Source: Catajapyx aquilonaris (lineage: Eukaryota). From it: 64,000 nucleotides of DNA. The position numbers and the translations under genes were made by a program. The notes beneath the pieces are model-generated. The model did no database searches and was not told the origin of the DNA. It was given only the letters and a program-made list of their open reading frames with translations. The stretch is from assembly GCA_000934665.2 (NCBI GenBank), contig KZ538507.1, forward strand, positions 1 through 64,000, read 5' to 3'. Of the stretch, positions 13,512 to 27,277 are shown piece by piece; position 1 is the stretch's first letter; each line of letters opens with the position of its first letter.

Positions 13512-14500
13512 TCAGCCAATACAAATCAAATCATTAGAATTCTGACGTGCTACAGTAATAGCATGTTTGGCACTGCTGTATAGGCACCAGGGCATTGAAT
13601 CAACTAATGATTTAATGGGGTCCTGTGTTATAGCTATCAAGGCTGTATTGACCTGCATCCAATGACCATCAAGAGTTTCTGGAGGACAGTAATATCGATG
13701 GATTTTGAGTGTTTCCCAGACATTTTTCAAAGGGATGACAAATCCAGTGATGTAGCTGGTCATGCAGGAAGCTGGAAGTGGAATGTTGGCCCTGAAGATG
13801 AAGGCCTGTATTGTCGCTGCAACATGCAGTGTGGCAATATCCTGCTGAAATATGGCCCCAGGAATATCCTGCAGGTATGAAAGAGCTCTCAGCTGTAGGA
13901 TGTCAATGACATAATGGGCACTCGTTATGAAGGTACGGACTCTTACGAGAGGTGATCTGCTTTCATACCCAATAGCATCCCAGACCATAATTTGTGTTGG
14001 CGTGGTATGCCTGGTATGAATAGACTTCCCAGACAGTTCACCCCAGCCTGTCATCTGCAGACCAAAACACAGCCGTCATTTCTTCTTAACAGTCGAGTGA
14101 TTTGTCTGAAAACACGATCATGTGCCATTCGTCACACTATACTCTCTTCTCTCGATGCACCATTGTTGCCTGGTAGCCTGATGTTGCGGTGTCAAAGGTA
14201 GCCTGAGGAAGGGCTGACGAGCCGGCACGGCAGTCCGAACTGTAATAACCAATGATGTACCGTTACAATTGAGGTGGGAGACTGCATCACAGTTCGCCAC
14301 TGCTGGGTGTGGGCACTCTAAGATATCTTCAGGAGATGATAATATTGTCCCTTGGCATTGTCTGCGTATATGGTGTCTGGAACTTTCACTTCGTGACCTA
14401 AGCCCTTCTTCGTACCATTCCCTCCATACTCTTTGCCTGACAGACACACTGCACCACACCCGAACGGCAATATCCTGGAAGGAAACATTGCAGCAAGAAC
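13512..14500 (-). pseudogene. Degenerate Tc1-family transposase
   Basis: MVWDAIGYESRSPLVRV...IFQQDIATLHVA...NVWETLK...SLVDSMP, with frameshifts; upstream RLPLTPQHQATRQQWC. Confidence 0.85.
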
Positions 14501-14559
14501 ATATGAGGGGGTTCCATAATTTATCTACCTGACATGTGAGTATGAAAATGAATGCATAC

Positions 14560-14860
14560 TGGTATCTGAAATCATGCCCATCACTTTTCAATGTAATCTC
14601 CCTCGACCTCCACACACTTCTTCCACTTTGCCTGAATGTTTTGTCTTGGTCAGCAAACCACCCTGTCACTGCTGACTGGAATTCTTCATTGCTGGGAAAC
14701 AGCTGGCCATGGAGAAATTTCTTGAGGTGATGAAACAGGAATAAGTCGCTGGGGGTCAGGTCTGGGATGTAAGTTGCATGATTCAGTTGTTGGAAGCCAC
14801 ATTCTGCAATGGCGCGTTGTTGTGGAGAAACAGGATACCTGATGACAGGTTTCCTCAACG
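14560..14860 (-). pseudogene. Degenerate mariner transposase C-terminus
   Basis: HATYIPDLTPSDLFLFHHLKKFLHGQLF is a degenerate YSPDLAPSD motif. Confidence 0.85.
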
Positions 14861-15497
14861 TTTCGCCGTAATTGCCTGCTGTAGAGCCCGCATAATTGCA
14901 GCATGGGTCTCGCCCGTGATGGTCGTTGCGTAGCTCCAGGTCAACTGAAATGGGCCTTTATTTATTTACTTACTTAGTTTACTCATCAGTAATCTTTTGG
15001 GTTTTCGGGGAAGCTTTATCCAACATAGTCGTCATTTTATAGCATTATCCATGGATTTCTAGAAATTATACGTAGCCCTACAGTTGACTCCGGATATAAC
15101 AGACTTCAAGGGACCAGTGAAAAGGTCTGTTATAGCCAAATCGCCACTTTTGGAACGAATACAAAAAGTTTTATGCTTTCCGTATGCTTACTACTGCATA
15201 CATTATTTATTAATGAAACTATACACAAAAATGCAAAATTAGCTCACCCGTAAATTAGGAAGGACCCAAAAAATTCGTATTTTCTTCTGCCGTCTCCTTA
15301 TGTTGCCAAATATACCAGAAAAAGTATGACTTTGAGTAGCTTAGATCAGTGAGAGATGCAAAAATCACCCCCTCCAGAATTGGTTTTGAGCTGTATGCAT
15401 TTAAAAACTTTGAAAATGCTATTTTCGTAATTATTATCGGAAAATAGTAATTTTAATGTAAGTTATATCCTAACACACATTTATACAATATCCCTGT

Positions 15498-15544
<47 letters not shown>

Positions 15545-15960
15545 CAGTTTCAAGACACCTATAAGAGGGCTTCCCAAATATATGAGGTTTTCTGAGAAAT
15601 CATGCTTCCATCTGCATCCCCCCCCTTCTCCATGCTAATTGCACTACAATATTGTCCTCTATAACACTTCACATGAAAGTCTGAAGTGCAAACTTTGCAC
15701 CTGGATTAAAAAATTAAGATCCGAGCTACCAATGCAAAAACATTTATTTGAGAGTAGAATATTTTCTAGGTAACCTTCCAGTATACTAACAATGATGAAG
15801 GAAACAATTTGGCACATTTTTTGCTTTGTCCTGCACACTTCATTGGATCTCTGGAAGAAGTAAGGCTCCAAGTTCAATATTCTAAAATTTTCAGGAGACA
15901 AAAAACTGATACCATTCTGAGCTGATAGCAGCATAACAACACATTCATCTTAGTGTATAG

Positions 15961-16080
15961 TACAGTGCTAGACATATTAGCAGTCCCTAAATGTTTATTT
16001 TTCGGAATTGGCAGAGCAGGCGTTACGGCTGGGAACTAAGTAAACACTAATAAGGGACTGCTAATATGTCCAGCACTGTA
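15961..16080. mobile_element. Short TA-flanked MITE
   Basis: TACAGTGCTAGACATATTAGCAGTCCCT / AGGGACTGCTAATATGTCCAGCACTGTA. Confidence 0.7.
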
Positions 16081-16697
16081 CTACCTTACCACTAACAACA
16101 GTAAAGGCCCTACCTGCCTTTGGGCTAAAACTAGTTGGTCTGCTGACACTCTCAGAATGTGTTGTATGTGAAGGGGTCAAATGCAAGAATAACTGCTAAC
16201 TGAATATGAAAACCAGGGGAGATGATTCAGAGAGACATAATTATATTTCTACTACATAATTAGGGACATCATGAGAGAAAATTCTTCGCATTAAAATTTC
16301 GTTCAACCAAAGTATTGTTTTGTCCCTTCACACAAGGCCAAAGATGGCCAAAAATTACTGTGACAAAGCGGTCCACGTCCCACCACCCTGTTGGCATACA
16401 CTTTGAATTTTATTGGCGCCTCCAAAAGCGCCCTCCTTCGGCCATTTTGGGAAACACGACATTTGGCAACCCAGCCATTGTCCACTCCGCGTCCTGTTTT
16501 CTCATCTGGCAACATCACAGGCATCAGAGGTGAACAAAATGGCCGGAGGAGAAGGGATGAGCTGGTGGTCTGGTACCGTGAAGAATGAAGAGGCATCAGC
16601 GGATCCCCTAACCAAATCCGTGGTGCCAACCGAGCACGAAGTAAAGGACGCCGCAAGGGTTGAATGGGAGGTAATTAGGGCGCATTTTGCAGCCTAA

Positions 16698-16858
16698 AGG
16701 CCATTTCACAAAAAAATGTCGCGCGGCAGACGGCGCGCGTTGCGGCAAATTTATTATTTATATTTATTGTTGCCAATTGTTGGCAATAATAAATATAAAT
16801 AATAAATTTGCCGCAACGCGCGCCGTTTGCCGCGCGACATTTTTTTGTGAAATGGCCT
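16698..16858. mobile_element. PIF/Harbinger-type palindromic MITE
   Basis: Near-perfect 161-bp hairpin AGGCCATTTCACA...TGTGAAATGGCCT with TAA TSD. Confidence 0.85.
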
Positions 16859-18343
16859 TAAGAGAGCCATATTATAGTCACATTCCCTTTTAGCGCCAGA
16901 GGGATGCCTCAGTCCGTCCCAAAGTGAGGACAAACCGGGTGAAGAGTAAGGAGGCCCATGAACCTCTAATGACGGAGTATGTCGGGGACTGGGCGAATGG
17001 AGGGGAACCAGTCCTGACACCGGAGCAGGATCAGGAGAAATGCAGAAGGGCATCCCGGTACAGGAGGCATGGACATGTCCAGCAGAAGGATGAGCTGGAA
17101 GACAGCCGGTACGTGACTCCGATCCTTGTCCCTCCCAAAAAGCAGGCCAAGCAGATACCTATCAGTCTGGCGGATGACTCATCTTTATTGGCTGATGAAG
17201 TGAAAGTGGAGGAAGGTGGCAAGAAGGTTTCGAAGGAGGGCAGGGATAAGCCGAGTAAGATTGCGACGCTCTACGCATGTAGCCTCTACGCGCTTGATGA
17301 TCTCAGCGAGGTAAAGTTACTTACTGGATATCCACACACACACGCACACCCACACACACACACACATTTAGGTGATGATATTAGGTGATGCACTCTGATG
17401 GAAACAGGTGACCAAAAGGCACCCGAGAAATATATTAACTTAATAGTTATTAATTATTAAACAAATAAATATCTGCTGATGGGTCACTTAAAACAGTGAC
17501 ATGCTCCAGAAAGTGATTAACCAGTTAACCACATAACCTTCTCTGGAAGCTGGTAACATTACCTGCTACACTTCCTGATGTTGTACCTTTCCAGGAATTT
17601 CAATCCTTGCTGGAGAACCTAAGAGTGGCGTATGACGACTATGGGACGGTGCCTGTCGTAAAAGGAAAACCTGAATAAAAGGAAAACCTGGCCATGCTGA
17701 CTCGGAATACTAATTCAGTACGTTCCTATGATTACCAAATGGTAGCTGTTTAAAAAAAAAAATTAACGTGCACTCTTGCTGTGCTGTATCTAGAGTCATA
17801 TGGTGCTACTGAATAAAGAAGAAAATAAAGAAGAAAACAAAGAGTTTTTCTGTGACTTCATAAAGGTGACACATCCCTGGCACAATTTATTTTCGGAATA
17901 ATTTTAGTATGAGAATGCATCCCATCCCAATACCATTTTAAATTACACTGTCCTCCCCATTATCCAGGTGAGGATTATCCATGCATCACCAAATTTTAAA
18001 ATTTAAATTTAGAGACCAAAAAAAGGAGTTGAATTTCGTCCCACTGCTAGATACTGCTAAACTCATTTGCAGTGGGTGGAATTTTCGCCACACTGTTATA
18101 GTTACTGCTAACTTAGCAGTACCAGTGTAGTGCATTGGTACTGCTAATTTAGCAGTAACTAGCAGTGGGACAAAAATTTCACCCAGTGTCAACAATAGTC
18201 CTAAGTTAGCAGTGGCAGTATCTAGCAGTGCGACAAAAATTTGACCAAGTATTTCTTTCAAATGATGAAATCTGACAGATGTTTTCTAGAAGTAGACAAA
18301 CTACAAATATATGGTAAGTTTCGTTATTTTGATTAAACCTTAT

Positions 18344-18900
18344 TTAAAGCTGGATACGGTAGCACATGAAAAACCTTAAAGTCGGTACCGCGAAGCAACC
18401 GGCATTTGACAAAACAGTTCTCCTATCCTGGTATACCTCAAGAACATCATAAATCATAATAATCGGTCTGCTTCCAACCTTCCTACCAAGACGATGGACA
18501 CTCTGGAACTCGACGCGATCTGGCTCGGGATGCAGCTTAAAGTCAGTCAGGACCTTTCGGACATGTCCTACGTTTCTTCCCATATGTCTTGGATGCCATA
18601 CATAACCAAATTCTACTTCTAGACTGGTTTGCAAGGCCAATCAATCTGCTCTTGAGGATCTCGACTTCCTCACGCAGCACACAGTTTTCATCAGCAAGCA
18701 CTTTGAGGGCTTGTCGATCGCTGGCAAGCTCATCTCGCAGTTCTTTAAACCCTGAGGTCAGCGATTGATCCAACCCGGACACGCACTGCGTCAAGTCACT
18801 TTGCAAGTCCTGGCGTAGGTCCTTTTGCAGAGACTCCAGTGCAACTCAACGGCAGTGATAAACGCCATAGTGTGAAGATATCAAACGAACATAAGCACGA
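18344..18900 (-). mobile_element. Non-LTR retrotransposon ORF1 remnant
   Basis: Coiled coil (LADENCVLREEVEILKSRL) followed by VEFQSVHRLGRKVGSRPII, typical of LINE ORF1 RRM; frameshifted. Confidence 0.7.
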
Positions 18901-21110
18901 AGGCCTAGTGAACTGGCTTTACTAACCCAAGATTTTTGCAGGAGCGCCCCTCTGGCACGTCCGAACTCCAAGGCAGTCAAGTGGGGTGTGTGATTTGGTA
19001 TGAGTCACTCCAAGACATGTATGCATCTGTCTGCACAAGTTCAGCAGGCATGCATCTCTACTTTTTCATACTCAGGTAGATAAATTATCGAACCGCCCTT
19101 GTATCATGTCACTCATTTGAAATTCATGGAACAGTGAGATTTCCTTAACACTTTAATTCTGGCCATAAGGAAGTTGCACACATGCCCAAAAAGGGAAATT
19201 AATATTTCTTTTAGACAAGTCTAATCCAAGTAAAGAACTAAGAAGTTGGCTTTTTACCAGGCTTCCTTTCCCACACCAGGCAAGCACTGTGTACTGGAGC
19301 AGGGGTGATTTTCCCAAGTCACTTATCTGAGCTTCCTATTCAGTTTTTGCACCTGAAGGTTCAGGCACATATTTTCTCTGTTCAATGTGTCCAGGAGTCG
19401 TAATCCTTTGTGCTGGGTCACAGAGCTGACCTTGGTTCCCAGGCTGTCAGGACTGGCCAAGACAGTGAAGGCCTTGCAGCCCATGAGCTCCGAATTTATT
19501 CCACCTTTGATAATTACAACAATATTTGAACAAAATCAAAACAATTCAATAAAAACCATTCTTCCACTATCCTCCTGACTCCAAGACACTAACCACTCCC
19601 ACCTCATCCAGATCCAGCACTGTCCAGATCACTAGTGGCAGACCAGCTGCTTTGTCCACGACCCTTGGTCTGCCGCTTCGTCTCATATTGTTAGTAGGTC
19701 CCAATTGTCTCAGTCCACCTTGACTCGTCTTCTTCCGCACTGCATCCTGCCGTCAACCCCAGTCTCTCCAGGCATTCAGCTGCGACAGGACCCGATCTGC
19801 AGCCACGCCATGGGACACTATACCCGAGCCTATTCCTGAGTGAGGCAGTTCAGATTAAGGCAGCCAAGACGTCTTGAAGCAGGTAAGAGGTGCTCCTTGC
19901 AGTGTCGGTCAAAATATCATAATTTTTGTGGTATATTTGGCAACAAGGAGATGGCAGAAGAAAATTAGGGATTTTTTTGAGCCTGCATAATTTTTGTGTG
20001 AGCTAATTTTTCACTTTTGCGGAGTTTCATTAATCAGTATGCAGTATTGTACATTATAGGCATATGGAAAGCAGAAATTATTGCAAAAGTGGCAATTTAG
20101 CTATAACAGAGCTCACTTACATACTTTTTTTACTGTCTCTTGAAGTCTGCTATATCCAGATTCCAGATCCAGATGTGGACAAAAAGGGTAGTAGGCCTAT
20201 TGAATACGTCATAGGCTGGCTGACACACGCACATACAATCTCACAAAAAACTATAGTAAACGGTTCTTTTGTTGTGTGTGTACAAAAGCCTTTATTAAGG
20301 ATCATTACAATGGGGACCTAAGTTAACATTTAATTATCCAACATGGCAGTATCCACACAAACTGCACCTTTAATTCAAAATTGCGGAAACAAAATCATTT
20401 CCTTTTCTGTACAGTCCCTTTTAATTACACAATCCTCGACTCCTTTCGATAGATGAAAATTGGTAGGCAACTGGATATCACTTGGTCATTCTCTCGTTCC
20501 AGAAAATGATTCAAAAATTCACCCATCATCACATAGCCCATCTTGTTATAAATGACTTACCAAAAATGCATCTGTGAGTTACAATCTGCACACATTTAGG
20601 GATACAGAGACAAGGAATTATTAACAGCCAAATGGCCATTGTGAATGGTGATTTCTGCAACTCACGTGTGAGGCTCTTAAGGCGTTTCTTTCATTTAAAG
20701 TAATAGTTATTATGCTTCAGCACTGACCAGTTAAGCTTTTATTTGCATATCAGGCAATATTGCACTGGGAGATCCAAACATTTTAAAAAAAGGTGAGCAT
20801 TTGAATCAACATTATTAAAGGTAGCATGGGAGGTCCCAAAAAGCAAATATCGATAAATATCATAAATTCTTTTCAGAAGATTTAACATGAAAAGTAAAAA
20901 AAAAATTATTATGCATGATCATAGAATTAGGGATGGATGTGTAAAAGAAATCCTCCCTAATTCCATTGAGTCCATGTCATCTTCTCAACATACAAACATT
21001 CCAAATTTCACTAATTCATAAATTAAAGAAATTGGAGCTTGGACTTCCACTCCCCTCCAATTAAAAAAAAAAACAAACAAACACACACACAAAATGTGCA
21101 ACCCTGATAA

Positions 21111-24100
21111 TTAAACCTCAGATTCTCGCCTGAGGGCTGTCAGATTGCATCCTTTAGCTAGCATCTGAGCTTCCATGTCCTCATCTTCCTTCTGATACCT
21201 GAAAAAGCAAATTTCCAGTAAGTTGCATGGATTTCCTCATGTTATCTAAAGTGAAGTGCAAGACAAAAATTAAATCAATGCATGCACTAAATATCTTTTA
21301 AATGCTTACCTACTTCTACTTTTCATGCTCCATATGAATCAAATGCCACACCAAGCGTTTTCTTTGGTATTCACAGAAACCAGTTAGTAGAGAATGTATG
21401 TGCATGCAAAACCTTAAGTCTAGTGTTATCAGGAAACAATCTAAAAAGAACTGTTAAACATGCAAAGTAAATTGACACACTGTACAGAGAGGATTCTAAC
21501 AATGACAAGCAGTGAAGAGACTTGCACTTAGGAGTAGGTCATAATTAGTGTAAGAAACGAGAGCTCCCAACATGAAAGTAAAACTGTACAGTGATGGAAA
21601 TAACTGCCTTGTGCTCTCACAGGCAGCGCCAAGCGGCCAGGTAAGCGGGCGCAGGTGGAAGAGTGGATGAATCAACTACTTGCTCTCACGCACGCTTCCA
21701 ACCACTCCCGCATTGGTGCTGCTTGTCAGAGTTCAAGGCAGTTATTTCCAGTAGTGTACGTACTGTATGGCTAATCTTTTTTACCACCAGGTATCACAGA
21801 ATACAATAACAAAATGATGGTATTAAAAAGACAAAATTAATATATTGTGATTGACCAAAACTGCCACTGACAATGCGAATGGCAGATGGTGAACTTGCTA
21901 ATAAGGAACAAAATATCCATCAAAACCTTTTTCCAGTTATAGTGTACGCAGAGGATTCAACAAAATCCAGATTCGCTGGCAAATAGTACTGCAGCATGAA
22001 GATTTATGTATGTTTAAATGGTTCTTCCCATAATTGATTTTTTTGTGTACCATGATAGTTTTAGTGTACAAGATGAAAAAGTGAAACTCACTTCATAATT
22101 ATCTGTTCTCTGACTTGTAAAATGGCCACAGAAGCTGCTAGAAACGTTTGGAATTGTTATGCTTATTTTTGAGGCCATGATAGAATTTTGAGCAGCACAT
22201 TGTTCACTAAATCTGAAGGTGTTGGCTGCTGCTTACAACATGTAGCCATATCATTCTTTCTTCTCCCCCTCTCACCTACATCCAGCATCTCACTAGTACT
22301 CTTTAGGCCGAATTCAGAGAGATGTCCTAAACGCGTTTAACTAACAGCGTGGTTAAGGCTTCATACAAAGACCTCTAATGGAGGCTGGGTAGCAAAAGGA
22401 AAAAGCGAGTTGGCATTGCTGTATTACACGCGTTTTGTTACCTCCAGGTATGCCCCCTGACCTGGCCACCTCTTCCAGACCTCTCCTTCCCCCTCGACTT
22501 TTGCCACCCGACCACCCTCTCCCGCCCCGTTTAGCGCTAATCGCCGTCTTTGTACAGGAGGTTGATTAAATTTGCCAGTCGAGGATGACTAAAGGATTTA
22601 ATCAGGTGCGTTTACGTTAAGCAACCTCTCTGAATTCGGCCCCTCGAGGTTTCTAAATAGTCATATGAGATGATAAGGAATGCAGCAAGTCATTCTTGTG
22701 GTTCTTTTGTCTTTAATTAAGGACAAGATGTGATAAAAATGAATGTTCAAATAGTCATGATTCAATGTCCTGTGAAAGTCTCGCTTTGCTGCACACAGAG
22801 GAACAAGATATGTCTGACCTCTAATCATTGCCAGACCAAATAAATTCAACATTCTGGACAGCTCATAGCACCTTTTGTGGCCATTTTAGAAGTGACAAAT
22901 TGCAAATTCATGACTTTCAAGGACAAATTTTTGCAGCTCAGAGAACAAATATTTTGAAGTTTTGTTTTTTCATCCAATATTATGAATAACCTACACTAAA
23001 ACTTATTGTGGTACACAGCAAAATTAGTCCTGGCAGGGAGCCTTTGTTACAATTGCTCACTAATTTCACTACAAGATACCAACCAGATAAACAGCTGAGA
23101 TCTCTCATCATGACCTGTATATCATAGGCATACATGTGAAAAGCACAAAGTCCCAAAAACAAGTTTTGAGATAATCTAAGACAGAGATGTGATGACAGAA
23201 AATCCTAGCTTGCAAGCTCAGTATGACTCTTCAGGATTAAATGGACTTCAGCAGGTGATAGAGCATGAAAAATGCTACTTGATAGTATTAATAACTGAAA
23301 ATGGCCAAAGCTGGATTTGGTGTGTTCCACTTGTATGCCAAAGATATGTAGTGACACCAGCCTCTTTCCTTCCACCACTCTGGGACTCCCCATGTCCACT
23401 GTGTGTATGTGTGGGTGCGCGCATTTGTGTGTGACTGCACATTTCTTTACTGCTATCATAATTGCTACACGAGCTGCTTACAAGTCCTCATGCAATTTCT
23501 TAAAAATATCCAGCTCCACTAGACCAGTGACTAATAAAATTTTGACATAGATATATAGCAGGGGCTTTCTTGATGACTCTTCAATTGAACAGCAAGGATA
23601 ATGTTTTGCCTGAAATTGCCACGCTCTCACTCACCTAACTACTCACACATGAACTACATGAAGTGACATTTAAAAATTAACACCTGCAGTTTGGGATGCC
23701 ATGCACAATGTACAGTTGCAGATTCATATGGTATAATCTCCTACAGTTGTCAAGAGGTAGAGTGATAGTCAACCAGCATCTGCATGCACCATGGAAGAAC
23801 ATAGTTATCAGTTATTGTGCATAAAAAGGACAAATCTTGTTGGAATTTTTTGGTGAATGCAAGAATTAGATGGATAAATTATGCAATAGCTACGGCACCT
23901 TGAATTTTTACATCACTTATAGGCATGTGACTGCAAGGTACGTGGCAGGTCCACATTGTGCCTGCATTTTCTGACGGTGTTGATGGGTTTTGTCCTTCTG
24001 ATGCACAAACAATTCTCCTTGATGCATGTCTGACAGCACCACCATCTTTACCAAGATGCAGTCAGACTCACACTCCACCTATCAACAAACTGTCTGAAGT

Positions 24101-27100
24101 TATGAGTACCACATGTGAGCCTGCAATTGTCCCTCTGGAACAGCATCCCAAACAGCGGGTTTTAAAAATTTCGTGTGCACTTTTTAATTTTTAATTTGAT
24201 CCATACTCATAAAAGAATATTATATTATTCACAAAACATTGAGAAAAGTAAAAAGGCAGATGAATATATGAACATAAGCCTTTCCAGTGTTGTCCCTCTC
24301 CACTGCTGACTTAACTCGGTACCTCAAGTCAATGGTTGGACATGTTGCACGGTCTAGCCCCCCCCCCCNCCCCCTTCATCCATCTAATAATGGAATGCAC
24401 TAATTAGACCTGATATTGAAGGTAATGTTAAACGCTTAAAATGACACAGTATCTAAGCTCTAAGGATTCGTTCATCAATAACACACCATTGTGTGAAAAT
24501 GGACATGTGACTTTTGATCTCTTAGCCTCAGAAAATAAACCGAACTACTTTAATCAGTGGTTTTAAAAAATTCGACTCTATGAAGGGTGGTGCATTGCCA
24601 AGTTCCCAATTAAAGGGAAAATGTTATGGACTGTTATGATGAAGGTAGTAAAAGTGAGGAAAATGAAAGTGCGGTCTCCAAAGGCACCACCACACAAATT
24701 GAGGGTCAAAAACTACAGGCACCATCTATAATGGCCTATTCACCTAACCACTTCTTTCTCCCAAGTAAGCATCAGAAGCTGCAAGCTTCCTTTAATAAAT
24801 TACATAACAATTAAAATCGAACTTACAAAGAACCTGCTTGGGTAAAGAAAAAAAAGGTGACCATGTGAATAGGTCTCAACTCTCGATACATTTGGATAGA
24901 TGATGTCTAAAAACTGCACTGCAGACTTTTCTGACACATATTTAAAAAAGAATGAACGTTTAAATTATTCAGGTCATGATGACCTGTAATTGGTGGAACA
25001 ATGGTGCAAGTCAAAAACAGGAACGAGGGAGGACAAGATGGATTATTCACTCCCTTTGTGGATGTACTATCACGAGCATAACAATGGAGGAAGACTTGGG
25101 CATGAGCTCAAACAATGTCAGTGAAAAACATGCTATGTCAATGTACATAATCTGACATCATAAACTTGAATTATTCTATAGTAGAATAGAATCATATTTC
25201 AAGTTGGGGCAGAGACACCACCAGTTTTACTCATTCAAGCTCCTATCCAAGTGTGTCTCCATCTTTTTGTTCACACTGGTACACTCCAATCTTGTTATGT
25301 GCCTTGGAATATACCGATAGGAATCAATTCATGCAGGAAAATGCTCACATGGCATCACTGTTCCCTTGAGGACTAATTATTTTACATCAAAATTAACATT
25401 TTCTTGCACTTTTTTGTCTAGGTTTGAGTTATTTCTTCATGTCTGCAGGAGGCCTGCAGGTCTTACACCCCTTTTAAAAATGCCACAAAATTCCACCTTG
25501 ATTGGTGATGTGAAACATGCACCTTTCAGAGGCCACCTGGAGTGTGCATGAATGACAAGTGATTATTCCATCATGTTCTTCTCCCCCTCTTGGAGATGTG
25601 TATGAAGCAGTGTATGGGTGTATATTGTAAAGCACATCCAAATGCAGAATCAGTTTTCCCACAAGTTATTCCCGGAACCTCTCCCGGCCTAATGCTGTGC
25701 AAGAAAGCATGGCAATTTGAGTGTATAAAAAGGAGTAATTATCCCTCTGCTGACTATTTAAAATTATGTTCCTATTATTATCACCCCCAGCCTTGATAGG
25801 CCTCAATAAGGCAGGCCAGCAGCACTGAAAATATAGAGGCCATGCATGCAGTGACCGCAAAGCGGACCAAAGAAAAGGCCAGTGGACTATGCAGCTGTTT
25901 GTCTAGAGCTATGGCCGCATATTGTTGTGGCAGTGATGGTGGTGGTGGTGTCGCACTACTTGGCAACCCCCACCTTTGTCGGTTTTCCTCTGTTGTCGCC
26001 ACAATTGCATCTCGCTGCCTCACTATATCCATCATCTCTTCCATCAAACGCTGGTCCCTTGCACGTTCCTCAGGGCTCTTGTCCGCATCTATAATGCAAA
26101 GTATGTGATTTTAAAATTATGACAATAGTTTAACCCAGTGTGAGCTATGTCACCTAAACCCAGTGTCACTGATCTGGTCATATGACAGCAATGCCACATT
26201 TGCCTTGCCCGAGGCATGTTTTTTTACCATTTTTTTTCTTTTCACTACAGCAATTTTTATTTTATTTTTATTTATTTTATTTTATTAACCCTGTTGAGAC
26301 AAAACAGAACTCTTTTAGGGGGGTGGAACCCTATCATTTTTCAATCAATTTTCTGTATATTTTTCTTCGAACTCCATGCAGAGAAGAAAGGACATGAGGT
26401 ACGGATTGGGATTTTTGGGGAGGAGACATGGCTGCAAGTGCAATGTCTGAAACTGGGTCATGTGCAGTCTCCCTGGAGGTTAGGTTGCCAGACGCCTCCA
26501 GCGTGGGCCAGAGACTCTCCTGACGAAGGCAAAAGGGAGCTCGCAGGCGGGGATCGAAACCGGGACCTTCCGCTCAGCAAGCTGAGTCATTACCAACTTG
26601 GCCACCACGCTTTCCCTCAAGTTCACTACAGCAATTTAACCCAGTTATGCCGAGTGTCCCCTATAGGGGACACCTGCACAGTTGTTACATTTTAATTTTT
26701 TTGCGCAGGTTCTTCGGCTGCTAAAGAGCTGGCAGTAGTCAAGTGTGCTTCAGGAGAGTCCCAGCTAACGAAACAAGTTCAAACCTGCTCAATATTGCTT
26801 CAGATTTTTAAGATACAGGTGTCTGAATTTTAACGCAGGAAATAATGGCTGCACTTCCATGTTCCGAAGACGATTAGTAATTAATTCTCGAATGTTGATT
26901 AGCATTATGAGTTATTTTTTGTTAGTAATACTTAGAAAACTTATGAATGATGATGTCGATGTGGAAATATACGCATATTTTTTACTTTCCTTGTCTGAGA
27001 GTAGAGTTGAAATCTGGTGTCCCCTCTGGGGAACGCAAGAGGCAAATGCGCCCACATTTGGACAAGTAAAGTATGTGTGTGGATTTTGTACTCTTTGTTG

Positions 27101-27185
27101 AACTGTATTTTAATGAATCCATACAATTAAAATGAGATTACATGGCAATTGGTTAACATGGCAACCGTTGCAACAATCCTTGATG

Positions 27186-27277
<92 letters not shown>

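Larger units (their letters stand above)
15079..20165. mobile_element. pogo/Tigger-type inverted ends (~15079-15315 and ~19925-20165) enclosing ~4.6 kb of nested repeats
   Basis: TACAGTTGACTCCGGATATAACAGACTTCAAG...TTATAGCCAAATCGCCACTTTT is mirrored by AAAAGTGGCAATTTAGCTATAAC...CTTGAAGTCTGCTATATCCAGA. Confidence 0.6.

Noticed and set aside
22092..22137. Exon-like segment in the last MICAL intron (TAG|46 nt|GTGAGT)
   Set aside because: Not frame-symmetric with the phase-2 intron, and the peptide is unrecognisable
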